In this document: in pieces, positions 1-14,045 of the stretch | How the letters are laid out: every line of letters begins with the position of its first letter | How positions within the stretch are numbered: the first letter of the stretch is position 1 | Assembly (NCBI GenBank): GCA_964016885.1 | Contig: OZ024745.1 | Coordinates: 69,812,001-69,876,000, forward strand | DNA from: Eledone cirrhosa | Taxonomy: Eukaryota | Direction: 5' to 3' | Length of the DNA: 64,000 bases | The notes under the pieces: model-generated | Seen by the model: the letters and a program-made list of their open reading frames with translations, nothing else | What the model was told of the DNA's origin: nothing | The model's database searches: none | Program-made: the position numbers and the translations under genes

Positions 1-117
1 CTGAAACATAAGTGTTACATGTGTAAAGTTTGAAAACGGTCGGTTGGGTGTTTCTCGAGTTTTAGGGATTCAAACTCACACACACACAGACAGACATCCT
101 CAATTTTTATATATAGA
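1..117 (-). mobile_element. 5' end of a non-autonomous Helitron (runs off the left edge)
   Basis: Minus strand starts TCTATATATAAAAATTGAGGATGTCTGTCTGTGTG at 117, a typical Helitron 5' TC terminus with (GTCT)n. It directly abuts the CTAG end of the next Helitron. Confidence 0.6.
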
Positions 118-1041
118 CTAGCAGAAAACCACCCGGTGGGCGGTTTTCTGCTAGCAAATCTAGTGTATATACTGATATTGTTGAGATTTGGATGAGAAAT
201 TTTGTTCACCGTCTCTCGGTGTGTCTTTTATGCATGTATAAATATATGTTATCTATACGATGAAATCTTTGAAATAAATATATGTTAAAATGAAAAAGGT
301 GAAAATAAATAACTGGTGGTTAGAAAAAAAATATTCCTATGAAATTTTAATCATACCATTAGGTGTGAATAAGGAAATATTTTTTTATTGTCAAAACAAA
401 TGTTCAAAAGTTAAACTTCAATTTTTTAGAATTATTTCCAATTTTTTCATGAAATTGAACACTGGACATTGGCTGCTGGAAATGGAAATTAAATCGTATT
501 TAATTGTATTTAAATTTCTAACATTATTTTATTATTTATATTTTTTCAATAAGAAATAAAAAAAACAACAACAAAAATTGAATAAAAAAATTGAACAAAT
601 CAAACGTAGGTTATGGAACTGCGCAATCTGATTAATAAATTACCTCATCAGCAGCAACCTTCTTCAAATGGTCCTTATTATCAGCAGCAACAACCACAAA
701 TTCGATGGCAACCTTCTTCGCATGGTGTCAAGTCAGAACCGCCTCGAACTGGTTACTTCTGGCTTGTGCAAGGTGTCTCTATAGCAACCAGCGATTCCCT
801 CGGCCTCAGTGACCAAAGTCAGTGGAGAGGGGAAGGTAATGTTTCTATAAAGGAAGGGGAAGGTAATATTTCTGTAGCACGTGTTTTAGCGTCTATTCAC
901 TCTCTCTCCCCCTCTCTCCCTCCCGCTATCCTCCTCTCGTAGTCTGTCTCTTTCTTTCACTCGCACTCTCTCTCTCTAATGCACGTGTTTCCACTGTCGG
1001 ACAGACAGACAGAGAAATTGCTGGTTATATATATAAGTAGA
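118..1041 (-). mobile_element. Non-autonomous Helitron (~0.92 kb)
   Basis: Minus-strand 5' end A|TCTACTTATATATATAACC…CTGTCTGTCTGTC at 1041. The 3' end is a GC hairpin (CCGCCC-ACC-GGGTGG) followed by TTTTCTG-CTAG|T at 118. Confidence 0.65.
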
Positions 1042-1368
1042 TGAAAATAGATAGAAAAAGACGATTATTAGGAAGAAGAAAAAAATGTTTTCTCTTTTTT
1101 CTGGATTAGAAAATGTTTATAACAAAATATTTTACTTTGTGTGAAGTGTTTAAGGTATTAGTTAATTTATTAATTAATTAACAATGGCATTTATTTATTT
1201 ATTTATTTATATATTTAATAATCGTCTATTACCGGTTTCAGCACTTTATGCATTATCAAAGGGGGTAATTTGTATTGGTATAAAATGTTGGAGAGAAAAC
1301 AATGTCATGTTGAACATGTTAAGGAAATGGGAAAGAAAGTATATTATTTACAAACAAGGTTTTTTAAG

Positions 1369-1518
1369 TAAAAAGAAAAAAGAAAAAAGAAAAAAGAAAA
1401 AAGAAAAAAGAAAAAAGAAAAAAGAAAAAAGAAAAAAGAAAAAAGAAAAAAGAAAAGAGAAAAAAGAAAAAAGAAAAAAGAAAAAAGAAAAAAGAAAAAA
1501 GAAAAAAAGAAAAAAAGA
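1369..1518 (+). repeat. (AAAAAGA)n-type simple repeat in the PLE 3' region
   Basis: Directly visible tandem A-rich ~7-mer. Confidence 0.95.
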
Positions 1519-1773
1519 AGTTATTTGGAACATGATAAGGTAATGGGAAAGAAATAATTTTATTTACAGCATAGTTCTTGAGGATAAGCAGTTCAAAATG
1601 TGTTATTATAGCAAGAGTGCTTAGTTGATCCATGATCGAGGCAAAGGTTGTCTGGGGTTTGATATGATTTCCATTTTTAGAGAGTTAATATGCAGGGGGA
1701 GGTAATTCAGGGTGGTCACGTAACTCTTTAGAGAACATATGGATTGGGCTTTGGTTCATTGTTCGTTCCATTT

Positions 1774-3300
1774 TTAGTTTTGTCCGAAGTTTAGTCCATT
1801 AAGTAGAGGTTGGAATTTGTTAATGAAGTACATTTCCTTATTGGTACGATGGATGAAAGAAGCGTTGTCTATGAATTTGTAAATGATGAAAATTTTAGAG
1901 TTTGGATGTTGGTTAGGTGTACACTTGTCGATATGTTCACTAAAAGCAATCTTTCTGTATTCCTGTATTTTGATTTGTGATCTATGGACGGTCATACGTT
2001 GTCGGGGGATGATTTTCTGTCCTGTGTAGTGCTCTCGTCAACCTGAGCAGGTCAAAACATAGATTAGGTTTTCGGATGCACATGCAAAGTTGTATTAAAC
2101 TGTGAATTGTTGTCCTTGTTTAAAATGGAATGTTGAACCTTCTATTATATTTATGCATATACCACAGTTGGGCCTTCCACATTGTTTTACTGTAGGGATC
2201 ATTGTGAGGGTTGGTTGGATTTGGGCTTGTGTGAGGATGTTTTTTATGGATTTAGGTTGTCTTTTGCTCTTTATGATGTTGTCTGTCTGGAGGATTTTGT
2301 TCATTCTTGGGTCTCTTTTTAGTAAAAGAATGTTCTGGAGGATGGTGTCCAATGCCTCATTGTTGAGGGGGTTGTGTGTGGAGATGTATGGTAGAGTTTT
2401 CTGTTGCGGTTCATTCCTGAGTTTGGGGTGTCTGAGTTCCTGGATGTTGAGTTGTAGGGCTCGTTGGAATCCATTGTTGATTTGGCATGGTGGGTAGTTT
2501 CTGCTGATAAGTGTGTTCTTTAATTCTTCTAGTCATGTGTAGCATGTGTATTTATGTGAAACTATTGTGTAGATCCTTCTGGATAGGTTATAAGGAATTG
2601 CCATTTTGGTATGGCGATGTTGGCACGAGTTAAATGGAAGATATTGTTTGGAGTCTGTGGGTTTGTAGTATGTCTGTTTCTATCTATTTTGTTGTTTGTT
2701 TTCTTGATGAGGATGTCCAGGAAAGGGAGTTGTTCTTAGCTGTAATCCATTCTAAATTGTAAGTTTGTGTTGAGTCCATTTAGAAGGGTTTTAAACTCAT
2801 GCCAGAGGAGGAAGCAGTCGTCCAGATATCTCTTCCTGTTTTTTTCTATGTGTAGGTAGAATTGGTTACCATATTTGTCTAGAACTTTGCGGTAGAGAGT
2901 CGTTTCCAAATACTCTATGACAAGGTTGGCGTATGAGGGGGCTACTTTCGTGCCCATGGCAGTCCCAGATTTCTGACTCTAGCATTTGGCATCGAATTTG
3001 AAGAAGTTGTTTTCCAAGATGAATTTGAGTCCCTCCAACACAAATTCTTTAGGGATGCGCTGTGGAAGTTCACTAGGGAAATTTTCAAGCCACAATTGTA
3101 TTGCCTCTATACCTAGGTTGTGTGGGATATTGAAATATAGATTGATGACATCAAAGGTTACTAGTAGGGTATGTTCATTATTAAGTGTTGTTGGGAGGTG
3201 GTTGAGCATGTCAAGGTCGTCCCTTATGAAGCTTTTTGTGTTTTAGGAAAGGCTTAAGCAGAATATCTGTTAAGACCTTTCCATTCTTTTTTGCTTAGTT
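1774..3300 (-). pseudogene. PLE reverse transcriptase + GIY-YIG endonuclease, disrupted
   Basis: ORF pieces 2979-3209, 2736-2957, 2095-2352 and 1774-1995 carry successive RT, linker and GIY-YIG motifs (…FINKFQPLLN). Confidence 0.85.
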
Positions 3301-3689
3301 TTGGTTTTTGTTTATGTTTGTGTAGGTGGTGGTATGGGTAATTAGTAATGTGTTCGCAGAATTGATCGGCAAATTTGTTCTTGCCTTTTGGTGGGGTGTA
3401 GTTGCTTCAATTTCTGACTATTGATTCATCCTCATTGTATTTGTGGTATAGTTGCTCGCTGAGTCTTAGTTTTCTACAGAATTCTGCAATGTCTTCTTTC
3501 ATTTCGGGGTAGTTTGGTTGTTGGGGAGTTTGTGTAAATATCAGACCTTTAGAGAGTATGTTGATTTGGTCTGTTAATTCTTTAAAGGTTAAATTAATGA
3601 TTTTTATTACATTTTGGGTCTCCTCTGTGTTGTGAGTTATCTCGTTAAACTGAGTCTGTGTGCTGTGTCTAAAAAATGACTCCGGAAGT

Positions 3690-4090
3690 TGTGGTGGTTG
3701 TTGAAGTGTGGATGTCTCTTATGATTGTATTGGCTCCTGCTGTTGTTGTTAGAGGGTGTGTAGCTGTGGTGGTTGTTGAAGTTAGGTTATATCGTGTGGT
3801 TGTATTGAGCCCTGCTGTTGTTGTTGTAGGGTGTGTAGCTTTGATGGACGTGGTTATGGGGTGCGTAATTGTGGTGGTTGTTGAAGTTAGGTTGTATTGT
3901 ATTGTTGTGTTGAGCCCTGATGTTGTAGGGTGTGTAGACCTGGTGGTAGTTGTAGTAGTGTTGTCTTGTGTGGTTATATTAAGTCCTGCTGTTGTTGTAT
4001 GGTGTGTAGTTATGGTGGTTGTAGTGGTTAGGGTGTCCCGTGTGGTTGTGTTGTCCCCTGCTGGTGTTGGTGTAGTAGGATGTGGTTAGT
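3690..4090 (-). repeat. Degenerate tandem repeats encoding a Thr/Pro-rich segment of the PLE N-terminal region
   Basis: Recurring GTGGTTGTTGAAGTTAGG / CCTGCTGTTGTTGT units within the element's ORF region. Confidence 0.6.
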
Positions 4091-5629
4091 GGAGGAGGGT
4101 AGATTAGGTTTTCCTTATAGTTGGTGTGTGGTTGTGAGGCCCTGTGTGGTAGTTGTGTATTTTGGGTTCTATGTTGAAAGTAATGATGGTTGTGGGTTTG
4201 TTGTGTGGGGATGTTAGGGGAACTTGTAAGTCTGGGGTTTCTATGGTTTCTCCTGGTTGGAGAGAAGTGTTAGTGTCTATCTTGTAACTGATGTTTCTCT
4301 ATTACTATATTTGTTGCTTGGGAATCCGTGTGGTAGCTATGTGGTGGGTGTAGGAGGTAGGGGCAAGGTGATGCCTTATTTTTTTGGTACGTGGGGAGGT
4401 ATTGTTTTTTTGTTGTTAGTTGTTGTGTGGTGTTTGGGTGGTGATTAGGTTATTTTGGTTTTAATGAAGGTTCTTGGATGTGTGTTCTTTTGAAAAAGTG
4501 TTTCATAGTTAGAGAACCAGGTTTCGTTTATTTCCCAACCTTGAATTGATTCTAATTCTTCCTTATTACAGTCCTCTAACCATAGATTTGAAATATTTTC
4601 TAGGGTGATGTCTTTGGTTTTATTGATAATTGCTTGATTGATCTCATCGTCGATTGATTTGATCCTATCTTCATTGGCTTGGGCTCTCCATTTAAGGAGT
4701 TCAATTTCTGTTTTCATGTTATCAAATGCCATTTTTTCCCTGGGATGTTTCGGGTTCGTTTGGGATGGATGTAATTTGTAGTTTGCGGGGAAAGATTAAT
4801 GGGGATGAGTTAATCATTTTTTCATAGATCTCCGCTTTTTATTATTTTGTATCATCTTCCAAAAGGAGAATTTCCTGTTTTTAAGAGATGTGTACCATTG
4901 TGGTATTAATTTGTTTTTTATGTGGTAAGTTGTAAGTGTATTAGTATCATGTTTTTTTCGTTTGCTTGAACAGGATTTGTGTTGTCATTCAGGTGTGTTT
5001 TTATTGTTTCACATAAGTTGTTGATATTGTCGTTGATTTCATAGCATTTGTATTTGGGGATTGTTCCTTCACTTGTAAAATTAAGTTTGTTGGTGAGTAT
5101 TGACAAATTAGAGTTTATATTTTGTAGTTCTCGAAGTATCCCTTGATTGAGGGGAGTCTTTTCTTTTTAGTTGGCATTTTCTGTATCTCGTGTGGGATTA
5201 AATAATAATTATCAGATGTGGCCAAGGAGCAGGCGAGTTGGTATATATATATGTATATGAAAATAGGGAGAAAAATACGATTATTAGGAAGAAAATATAC
5301 TTTTTTCCTTATATTTTCTCTCTTTTTTCTGGGTAAGAGAACCTTTAAAACAAAATATTTTACTTTGTGTGAAGTGTTAAGGTATTATTTAATTTATCTA
5401 TTAATTAACAATGGCATTTATTTATTTATTTATTTATTTATTTATATATTTAATAATTGTCTATTACCGGTTTCAGCATTTGATGCATTATCAAGAGGGG
5501 GAATTTGTATTGGTATAACATGTTGAAGAGAAAATAATGTGATGTTAAACATGTTAAGGAAATGGGAAAGAAAGAATAATATTATTTACAAACAAGGTTT
5601 TTGAAGTATATATATATATATATATATAT

Positions 5630-6697
5630 AGAAAGGATGAATATAAAATGAAAGTGCTTTTGTTAAAAAAGGAATTTATTAGGTATTGACATATGTTTCT
5701 GTAACAGACCGAATACCTATGTATCGCTGCTTGCGTAATCATATAATGTTAGCAAGTATTCGATAGCAAATGTATAATCAGTTGTCACTTCTTCAGAGAT
5801 TTTGGATAAACTGGATAAAATCCGAAAAATTGAAGTATTTATATTAGTAAAAGAGGAAGGAACAGAGGGGATAGAATATGACAGATGGTAAAATAATTTA
5901 CTGCTAAACAAGTATATAATGGGTTTTTAATGAGAATACCATGAGTAAATCTAAATAAGAATTTTGGGGGTGCCGATTTTAATCTCTACTTGACCAACTG
6001 GACAGTGGACAGGGCTGGTCATTTGGTGCAGTAGTATTAATCATAAAGTGTCAATTGGGGAAGGGGGAGATTTCGATTGCTACTAAATAACATCAATGCT
6101 AGTAGTCAGCTGGTATTTGCACTAGGGAATTGAATAAAAAAATCAGAAATCTCATTTTATCTATAGCAGTTTGTATTAAAAGGTAAATAATAGAAGAGTT
6201 GATAGAATTAAGACTAATAAAGAATGTTCATATCTATTTTGACAATCAAACGGGGATAGAGACAGGCGTTCAATCCTGGTAGTATTTATAATATGAAAAT
6301 GTAGATTTTAAGCGATGGTTACAGTATAACGATCGCTCTATTCTGTTATTTAATAAAATGTTTTTGGATTTCATAATACAAAATAATTCTACATTACATA
6401 ATCTACAAAATTCCTGTCCATTGGAATATGGGGGTGCAGTCGCTATTATATCCCATTTTAGGTGAAATTGTTGGTTATTTTCACGCAGCTGCCAAGCCTT
6501 GTCTGCGAGTGTTGTTACACGAGGTATGTCAATACCTAATAAATTCCTTTTTTAACAAAAGCACTTTCATTTTATATTCATCCTTTCTACATTTCTCCGG
6601 AATATAATTTATACTCGTTGAGCAAACCTGTACGTACGCTGTTCATCTCTAACGTAACGATATATTATCACTACATTATTGATAACCTGAAATTTTA
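5630..6697 (-). mobile_element. 5'-truncated Hydra-type PLE with inverted short arm
   Basis: Minus strand ~6525-6270 translates to …LKWDIIATAPPYSNGQEFCRLCNVELFCIMKSKNILLNNRIERSLYCNHRLK…, homologous to the C-terminus of ORF 47225-49375. 5630-5693 is inverted at 6526-6589, followed by a ~105-bp tail. (TA)n on both sides. Confidence 0.8.
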
Positions 6698-6719
6698 TAT
6701 ATATATATATATATATATG

Positions 6720-7396
6720 CATAGAAAGATTTGAATGGATACAGTTTAGTTGAAAGGAATTTATTGACACGTGTTTCTGTAACAGTTACATAACCTGAAA
6801 ACAGCTGCTATCTACAAAGTTTTAGTTATGCAGACATTCAATATTTCAATGTTAAAGAGAAAAATTTAAGTCTGAATGTTAATTAAGTGCAAACACAAAA
6901 CCAACCACGCATATCTTTACTATCTCTAATCCTTCTATAAATTTAGAAAAATAACCAATAATATATTCTATAAAAATGTCAAAACAACAGATGGGAATCT
7001 AATTACTCACTGCCACCAAAAATTCTCACTGCTATCAACAAACCACTCCCTCAACTATTCTTCTAACAACTTCACCCCTCCCTCCTAATATTCTCTATAA
7101 AAACCAAATAGGTCCTCAATAATATTATTCTGATGAAATGACAGTAAATAATAACATTGAAATATTGAATGTCTTCATAACTAAAACTTTGTAGATAGCA
7201 GCTGTTTTCAGGTTATGTAACTGTTATAGAAACACGTGTCAATAAATTCCTTTCAACTAAACTGTATCCATTCAAATCTTTCTATTTTTCTCCGGATTAC
7301 TTTTGGAACTACAACTGGAACCGTCGAGCAAACTCTACGTGAGCTGTCAATCTACTGTGTGTAATATTTATATTACAATACAACGGAAAATACTGT
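6720..7396 (+). mobile_element. PLE terminal fragment with inverted arms and HHR
   Basis: 6720-6855 is inverted at 7152-7285. The ~110-bp tail is related to the tail of the 5630-6697 element (TTTCTCCGG…GAGCAAAC…TACGT…GCTGT). (TA)n flanks. Confidence 0.75.
7125..7245 (+). ncRNA. Type I hammerhead ribozyme-like motif with long stem-loop II
   Basis: TTATT-CTGATGA-[A-ATGACAGT…ACTGTTAT-A]-GAAA-C-ACGT-G-TC-AATAA; palindromic loop III, GUC triplet. Confidence 0.7.
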
Positions 7397-7498
7397 ATAT
7401 ATGTATGCATATATATATATACATACATATACATACATATACATTCATATATATATATATATATACATATATGTATATGTATGTATGTGTGTGTATAT

Positions 7499-7529
<31 letters not shown>

Positions 7530-7560
7530 CATGTATGTATATAAATATATATATATATAT

Positions 7561-7653
<93 letters not shown>

Positions 7654-7656
7654 CAC

Positions 7657-8676
<1,020 letters not shown>

Positions 8677-9391
8677 CGTTTCTGAATTTGTTTAGCAAGA
8701 TTCCTTATCTGAAAACATGTGTTGAACCGATACTGTGATACTTTGATAAGAAACACACGCACTAGTTGCTTTCACTTCAATTTATTATAATAAATTTATA
8801 AATTTAACAATTTATAAATTTCCGGTTCGTTGGTTGGTTCGACAACCAGATGATTGTTTATATATTGTCAAAGTTCTTTCGTCACACATTCTGTGACCTC
8901 TTCGGTGACTGGGGATTCTTTACTTTGTATTTGTGCTTCCCCATTCTTCTGTCCTACGTCATCTTGTTTTTCTGTGTGTTGTATGCTTAGTTCGCGCATG
9001 TGTTACATCCGGGTGTCTGTGTGTATTTATATTTGTTTATTTATTTGTTTATTTACATGTTACTGGTTGGTTGTTTGTTCTATGTGCGTGTGTGTTTTCA
9101 TTTTGTCCTTAATTGTAAGTTGTGATATTGCTGTTCCATTCATGTTTTCTATTTAATTTTGGTTGGAGTTCATTTATGTTTATTGCCTCTGTGATTTGTC
9201 TAAACATTGCGTCTTTTCTGTGTGTCGATTCTATTTTATTTCTATGTTCTCTAATTTACCCTTATGTTCTATGTTAGCATGTTGGTAGAGTACAGATGAT
9301 TCTTTACTATCTTGAAGGTCTGGCCAGTGTTCATTTATCCGTTCCCTATACTACGAGCTGTCTCACCTATGTACACTATATTCTTATCTCA

Positions 9392-10870
9392 TTATTGTCC
9401 TTCGGTAGATCTTATGCAATATACTACATTTCTAGTTTTACAGTTAATGTGGGGGCTTAATTTACAGATTATACATTTCTTATCTATACAGGGAGGTCTT
9501 TGTAAAAGGGTATGTATTGCTAATAAGTGTTTTATGGAGGTACCTGGTCTTTCTACTATCTTAATATTGAGTTTATGTTTATCTAGGGCCCTTCTAAATG
9601 TGTAAGCTAATTGACCTCTAGGGGTTGTATCGATGAACATTACACTCTGGTATTTATTGCTATCATACCATGAGTTTATTCTATTAACCTTATTCCTAGT
9701 TCTTTCCATTCTATTCCAAAATTTGCTCCTATACAAGGGGCAGGTCCCATGTGTGTCATTATTTACCATGTTTTCCCATTTGGTTCTGGCTCCTATATAT
9801 ACTCTGATTTTATCTCTCTGATTGTAACCAGAGAACTGCATACGGTGGATGAAATGTCTCTCTAGTTCTTTGGGGTTGCACATGCGGGACACGTTTCTCA
9901 TCACCCGTACCAAATCCGCAATCAGTATGTTGATTTTGGTATGGTCCGAAACAGTTGAGTTTCGGTGGATCAGATATTTTGAAATCATGGGTTTGGCATA
10001 ATGTGAATGGAGGATTTGTTTTTTGTTATTGATTGTATCTAACCAGAGCTCTGTGTCTAGTACAGGTAATCGATGGTTGGGGTGTTTGCTTGGGTAGTCT
10101 ATAGTAACCCTAATACTCTGGTGGATGGAGTTAGCTATTTGCTGGATGCTTTCCATGGTGTTTTTCTCTAATTCCTGACTGTTCTCTAGTGGGGGTGTCT
10201 TAACTACGATGTTTATATCATCAACGTAGCGGGAGTACATTATCAGGGTTAAGGGGTCTTCTAATTGCTCTTTAAGTTTAAGTTTAATTAAATTGTCCCA
10301 CCAGACCATGAATAGGTAAGCTATGTCGCCTGCAATGCTAACACCAATGGTTGCTCACTCCTCTTGGGCGTACGTTTTTCCATTAATTTTGAACATATGT
10401 TCTTAAGGGTTAATTTTATGCTGGTCCCCACCGCATGTGCAATCATTTTCTTTAGTTCATCGTGGTTTTCGGGGGTCTGTATGGCTCTGGTCCACCCGTT
10501 CCATCTATCTGTGTGGGTTTTCTTGGCCATTGAGGTAATGGTAGGTGGTTTGCCTCTTGCTGGTCTTGTAGGGCACAGGTTGCTAAGGCCCTATGTATCT
10601 AGATAATTATTACTATAGGTAAGTTTAAGTAGGAGTCCCAGCTCACTGGTATCAATCCCACGGAATCCAACATTGTTCTCACTGTTCATTTCTACGGATT
10701 TCTCCACAGCAAAATCCACGTCAATAGATGGATACAGGGACACAACATCCATACTACCTATTATGCAGTTTGTGAGGTCCCTAGATCGGTTACTCTCGCC
10801 GATTCTGCTGAGGAGGTCCTCCGTGCTGTTACATATATCTTGGGACATCTCAATGATGGGGCGTATGATC
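9392..10870 (-). pseudogene. PLE RT, 5'-truncated and disrupted
   Basis: ORFs 10591-10968 (its N-terminal part is antisense to the other arm), 10321-10530 and 9392-10309 carry RT motifs and the thumb (HYAKP…FSGY). Confidence 0.85.
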
Positions 10871-10875
10871 AGAGA

Positions 10876-11421
10876 GAGGGCCCTAGATAAACATAAACTC
10901 AATATTAAGATAGTAGAAAGACCAGGTACCTCCATAAAAACACTTATTAGCAATAATACCTTTATCAAAGACCTCCCTGTATAGATAAGAAATGTATAAT
11001 CTGTAAATTAAGCCCCCATATTAACTGTAAAACTAAAAATGTAGTATATTGCATAAGATGTACTGAAGGACAATGTAGAAATAAGAATATAGTGTACATA
11101 GGTGAGACAGCTCGTAGTATAGGGGAACGGATAAATGAACACTGGCGAGTCCTTCAAGATAGTAAAGAATCATCTGTACTCTACCAACATGCTAAAATAG
11201 AACATAAGGGTAAATTAGAGAACAAAGAAATAAAAATAGAATCGACACACAGAAAAGACGCAATATTTAGACAAATCACAGAGGCAATAAACATAAATGA
11301 ACTCCAACCAAAATTTAATAGAAAACATGAATGGAACAGCAACATCACAACTTACAATTACGGACAAAATGAAAACACACACGCACATAGAACAAACAAC
11401 CAACCAGTAACATGTAAATAA
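10876..11421 (+). pseudogene. GIY-YIG endonuclease segment on the inverted arm
   Basis: ORF 11092-11421 YIGETARSIGERINEHW…LYQHAKIEH, preceded by NVVYCIRCTEGQC. Confidence 0.85.
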
Positions 11422-11576
11422 ACAAATAAATAAACAAATAAATAAACAGATATAAACACACACGTCACCCAGATGTAACAGGTGCGCAAACTAAGCACAC
11501 AACACACACAAAAGAAGATGGCGTAGGACAGAAGAAAGGAGAGGCACAAATACAAATAAAAAGAAAAGAATCCCCA

Positions 11577-11619
11577 GTCACTGAAGAGGTTACCGAATGT
11601 GTGACGAAAGAACTTTGAC
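11577..11619 (+). ncRNA. Minimal hammerhead-like motif in the Naiad-type pLTR
   Basis: GTCA-CTGAAGA-G-GTTAC…GTGAC-GAAA-GAAC-TT-TGAC. The other arm's copy has CCGAAGA. Confidence 0.5.
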
Positions 11620-11812
11620 GATATATAAACAATCATCTGGTTGTGGAACCAACCAACCAACCGGGAAATTTATAAATTCCTAAATTTATAAATTTATTAT
11701 AATAAATTGAAGTGAAAGCATGTGGTGCGTGTGTTTCTTATTGGCAACATGACCCTCCCAAAGTATAACAATATATATATATATACATGTATATATATAT
11801 ATATGTATGTAT

Positions 11813-12049
<237 letters not shown>

Positions 12050-12574
12050 AGGTGAGTTTTATTGTAGTACAATAAAGCAATGCAGATATCGGATAAGAAG
12101 CACTCTACAGTTTGTGGGACTGGAGTATGCATAATATAAGATCAAAAGATGGTTAAAGGAGTTCAATATATTTTATTATGCGCATTTCAAAAACAAACAT
12201 CATCAAACAATAATATTTGTGTTTTCATCAGATAAAACAGGAGAACATGATATGAAGGCTAAAAAAACACTTGTTGATAGTGCAGTTTTAAATCAACATA
12301 TGAAAAGTGGTTTTAGATTGATGTGTGATATTGGGAAAAATATTTTATTTAGAGAGGGGGGGAGAGAAAAGGATGAAAAGGGAAGGAGATGAGAGGGAGA
12401 GATGGGTGATAGAGAGAAAGAGATAGTTTTTATAACAGAGAGGAGATATATTTTATATAGAGGGGTTGAAAACCGTTGGAAGATACTGTATAAATTAAAA
12501 ATTTTGAAAATTAACGAAGGGAGGATATGTGCGAGGAAAAAATATATTATATTTAGGGAGGGGTGGGGGTGAAA

Positions 12575-13542
12575 TCAAATATAATAAAGAAACAAATTCT
12601 AGGAAAACTTACAGTAGAATATTTAATCATAACCATTCCAATAATTTTAATAAAAGACCTAGATACAAAAACATAATCTGGTATAATGCTCCTTTCTCCA
12701 TCTCTATTAATAACAATATTCCTAAATTATTTTTTAGTGCCTTAAATAAATGCTTCCCTCCCTCACATATCTATAGTAAAATATTTAACAAACACACCAT
12801 TAAATTTTCGTATTCTACATCCTCCAATATTTCCAACATCATTTCTAAACACAACAACAAAATATTAAATACTAAATCTCTTCCTTCCAATATTGAATCT
12901 CATAATAACAATAATAGTACTCCTGACGTCATTGTAAACCCTAGGCTAACTTCTGTAAACCCAAATGCAACGTCAAACACAACTTCGCTAAATGTTCATA
13001 ATCCAACTCTAAATCAAGAAACTATTATTCCTATTATTCCTATCGCAAACAACTTCTCCTCTCCAATTCCTTCTATAGATAACACTAGATCACTCATTAA
13101 TAATCTCTCTAATTGCAACTGCCGCATTAAAAATAAATGTCCTCTCAACAACCATTGCCTCGATAAAAACTTAATTTATGAATGTAAAATTATAACTAGC
13201 ACCAACTCCTTCACCTATTTTGGCTCCACTTCCACCTCTTTTAAAGCTCGTCTCTATAATCATCATTCATCTTTCAAATACAAACTTAAAAGAACTAACA
13301 CTGCTCTCTCAGAACTCATATGGTCCTTAAAAGACAAAAACATTAAATATAACATCTTTTGGAAAAAGATTTCTTCTGCATCCTCGTACTTGAACAGTTC
13401 TCTATCTAAAATCTGTAATCTCTGCCTAAATGAAAAATTTACCATTATCTCTAACCTAGAATCCATAATAAATAGACGCTCGGATTTGTTTTCCATCTGC
13501 CTTCATAAATTCCATAGAACTTTTCACAAAGTATACAGTTAA
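12575..13542 (+). pseudogene. Hydra-type PLE linker + GIY-YIG endonuclease (RT lost by truncation)
   Basis: Open frame homologous to the C-terminal half of the 716-aa ORF. The first ~15 codons of the listed ORF come from the inverted arm. Confidence 0.85.
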
Positions 13543-13596
13543 TATTCAATTCTTTATCAATTTAGAATCTTTTCTCAAAGGCACATATACATACAC

Positions 13597-14045
13597 CTCT
13601 TTAAAATATACCCATCTACCTTACTTTAAAGGGCATTATACACTCTATAGTACTCGTTTATTCATTTACCTCATCCTATCTTCTCGTAAAACAATAACAT
13701 TTGTTTTTGACATTTTGAATATTCATCCGCAATCATTATTATTTTTTTTTTCCCTCTATCATAAATCTTTTTAATCTCAATTTCATCCTTAATTTATTAT
13801 TATATATATTTTTTTTTTTTTTTTTTTTAATATATACTCATATATTCTTTAAAATATACCCATCTACCTTACTTTAAAGGGCATTATACACTCTATAATA
13901 CCCGTTTACTCATCACCCTCATTATATCTCTTCGTAAAACAATAACATTTGTTTTTGACATTTTGAGTATTCATCCGCAATCATTATTATTTTTTCTCTC
14001 TATCATAAATCTTTTTAATCTCAATTTCATCCTTAATTTATTATT
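13597..14045 (+). repeat. Tandem duplication (~250-bp period) in the PLE 3' UTR; a second imperfect one at 14260-14670
   Basis: CTTTAAAATATACCCATCTACCTTACTTTAAAGGG… at ~13599 and ~13848. Confidence 0.85.

Larger units (their letters stand above)
1042..5603 (-). mobile_element. Degenerate Penelope-like element, Neptune-type, with direct pseudo-LTRs
   Basis: Direct repeats 1042-1365 and 5258-5603. Fragmented minus-strand ORF has RT motifs (LVTFDVINLY, GTAMGTKVAPSYANL, RYLDDCFLLW), a C-x4-C-x2-C linker (CGRPNCGIC) and GIY-YIG (NLIYVLTCSG*REHYTGQ). Multiple stops and frameshifts. Confidence 0.85.
8677..11770 (-). mobile_element. Penelope-like element, probably Naiad-type, with ~850-bp inverted arms
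   Basis: Minus-strand RT: IIGSMDVVSLYPSID, FMVWWD, YSRYVDD, LPVLD. Linker CIDKKCIIC. GIY-YIG YIGETARS…EH…RQITEA…NRKHEW is present on both arms (8747-9593 inverted at 10876-11741). Flanked by long (TA)n. Confidence 0.85.

Noticed and set aside
613-942. 109-aa Gln-rich ORF as a captured gene
   Set aside because: Lies inside a non-autonomous Helitron, runs into CT repeats and has no recognisable domain.
1225-1265. HHR in the Neptune-type pLTR (TTGATAA…GAAACCGGTA, minus strand; also ~5460-5500)
   Set aside because: Core differs at two positions and stem I does not pair; at most a relic.
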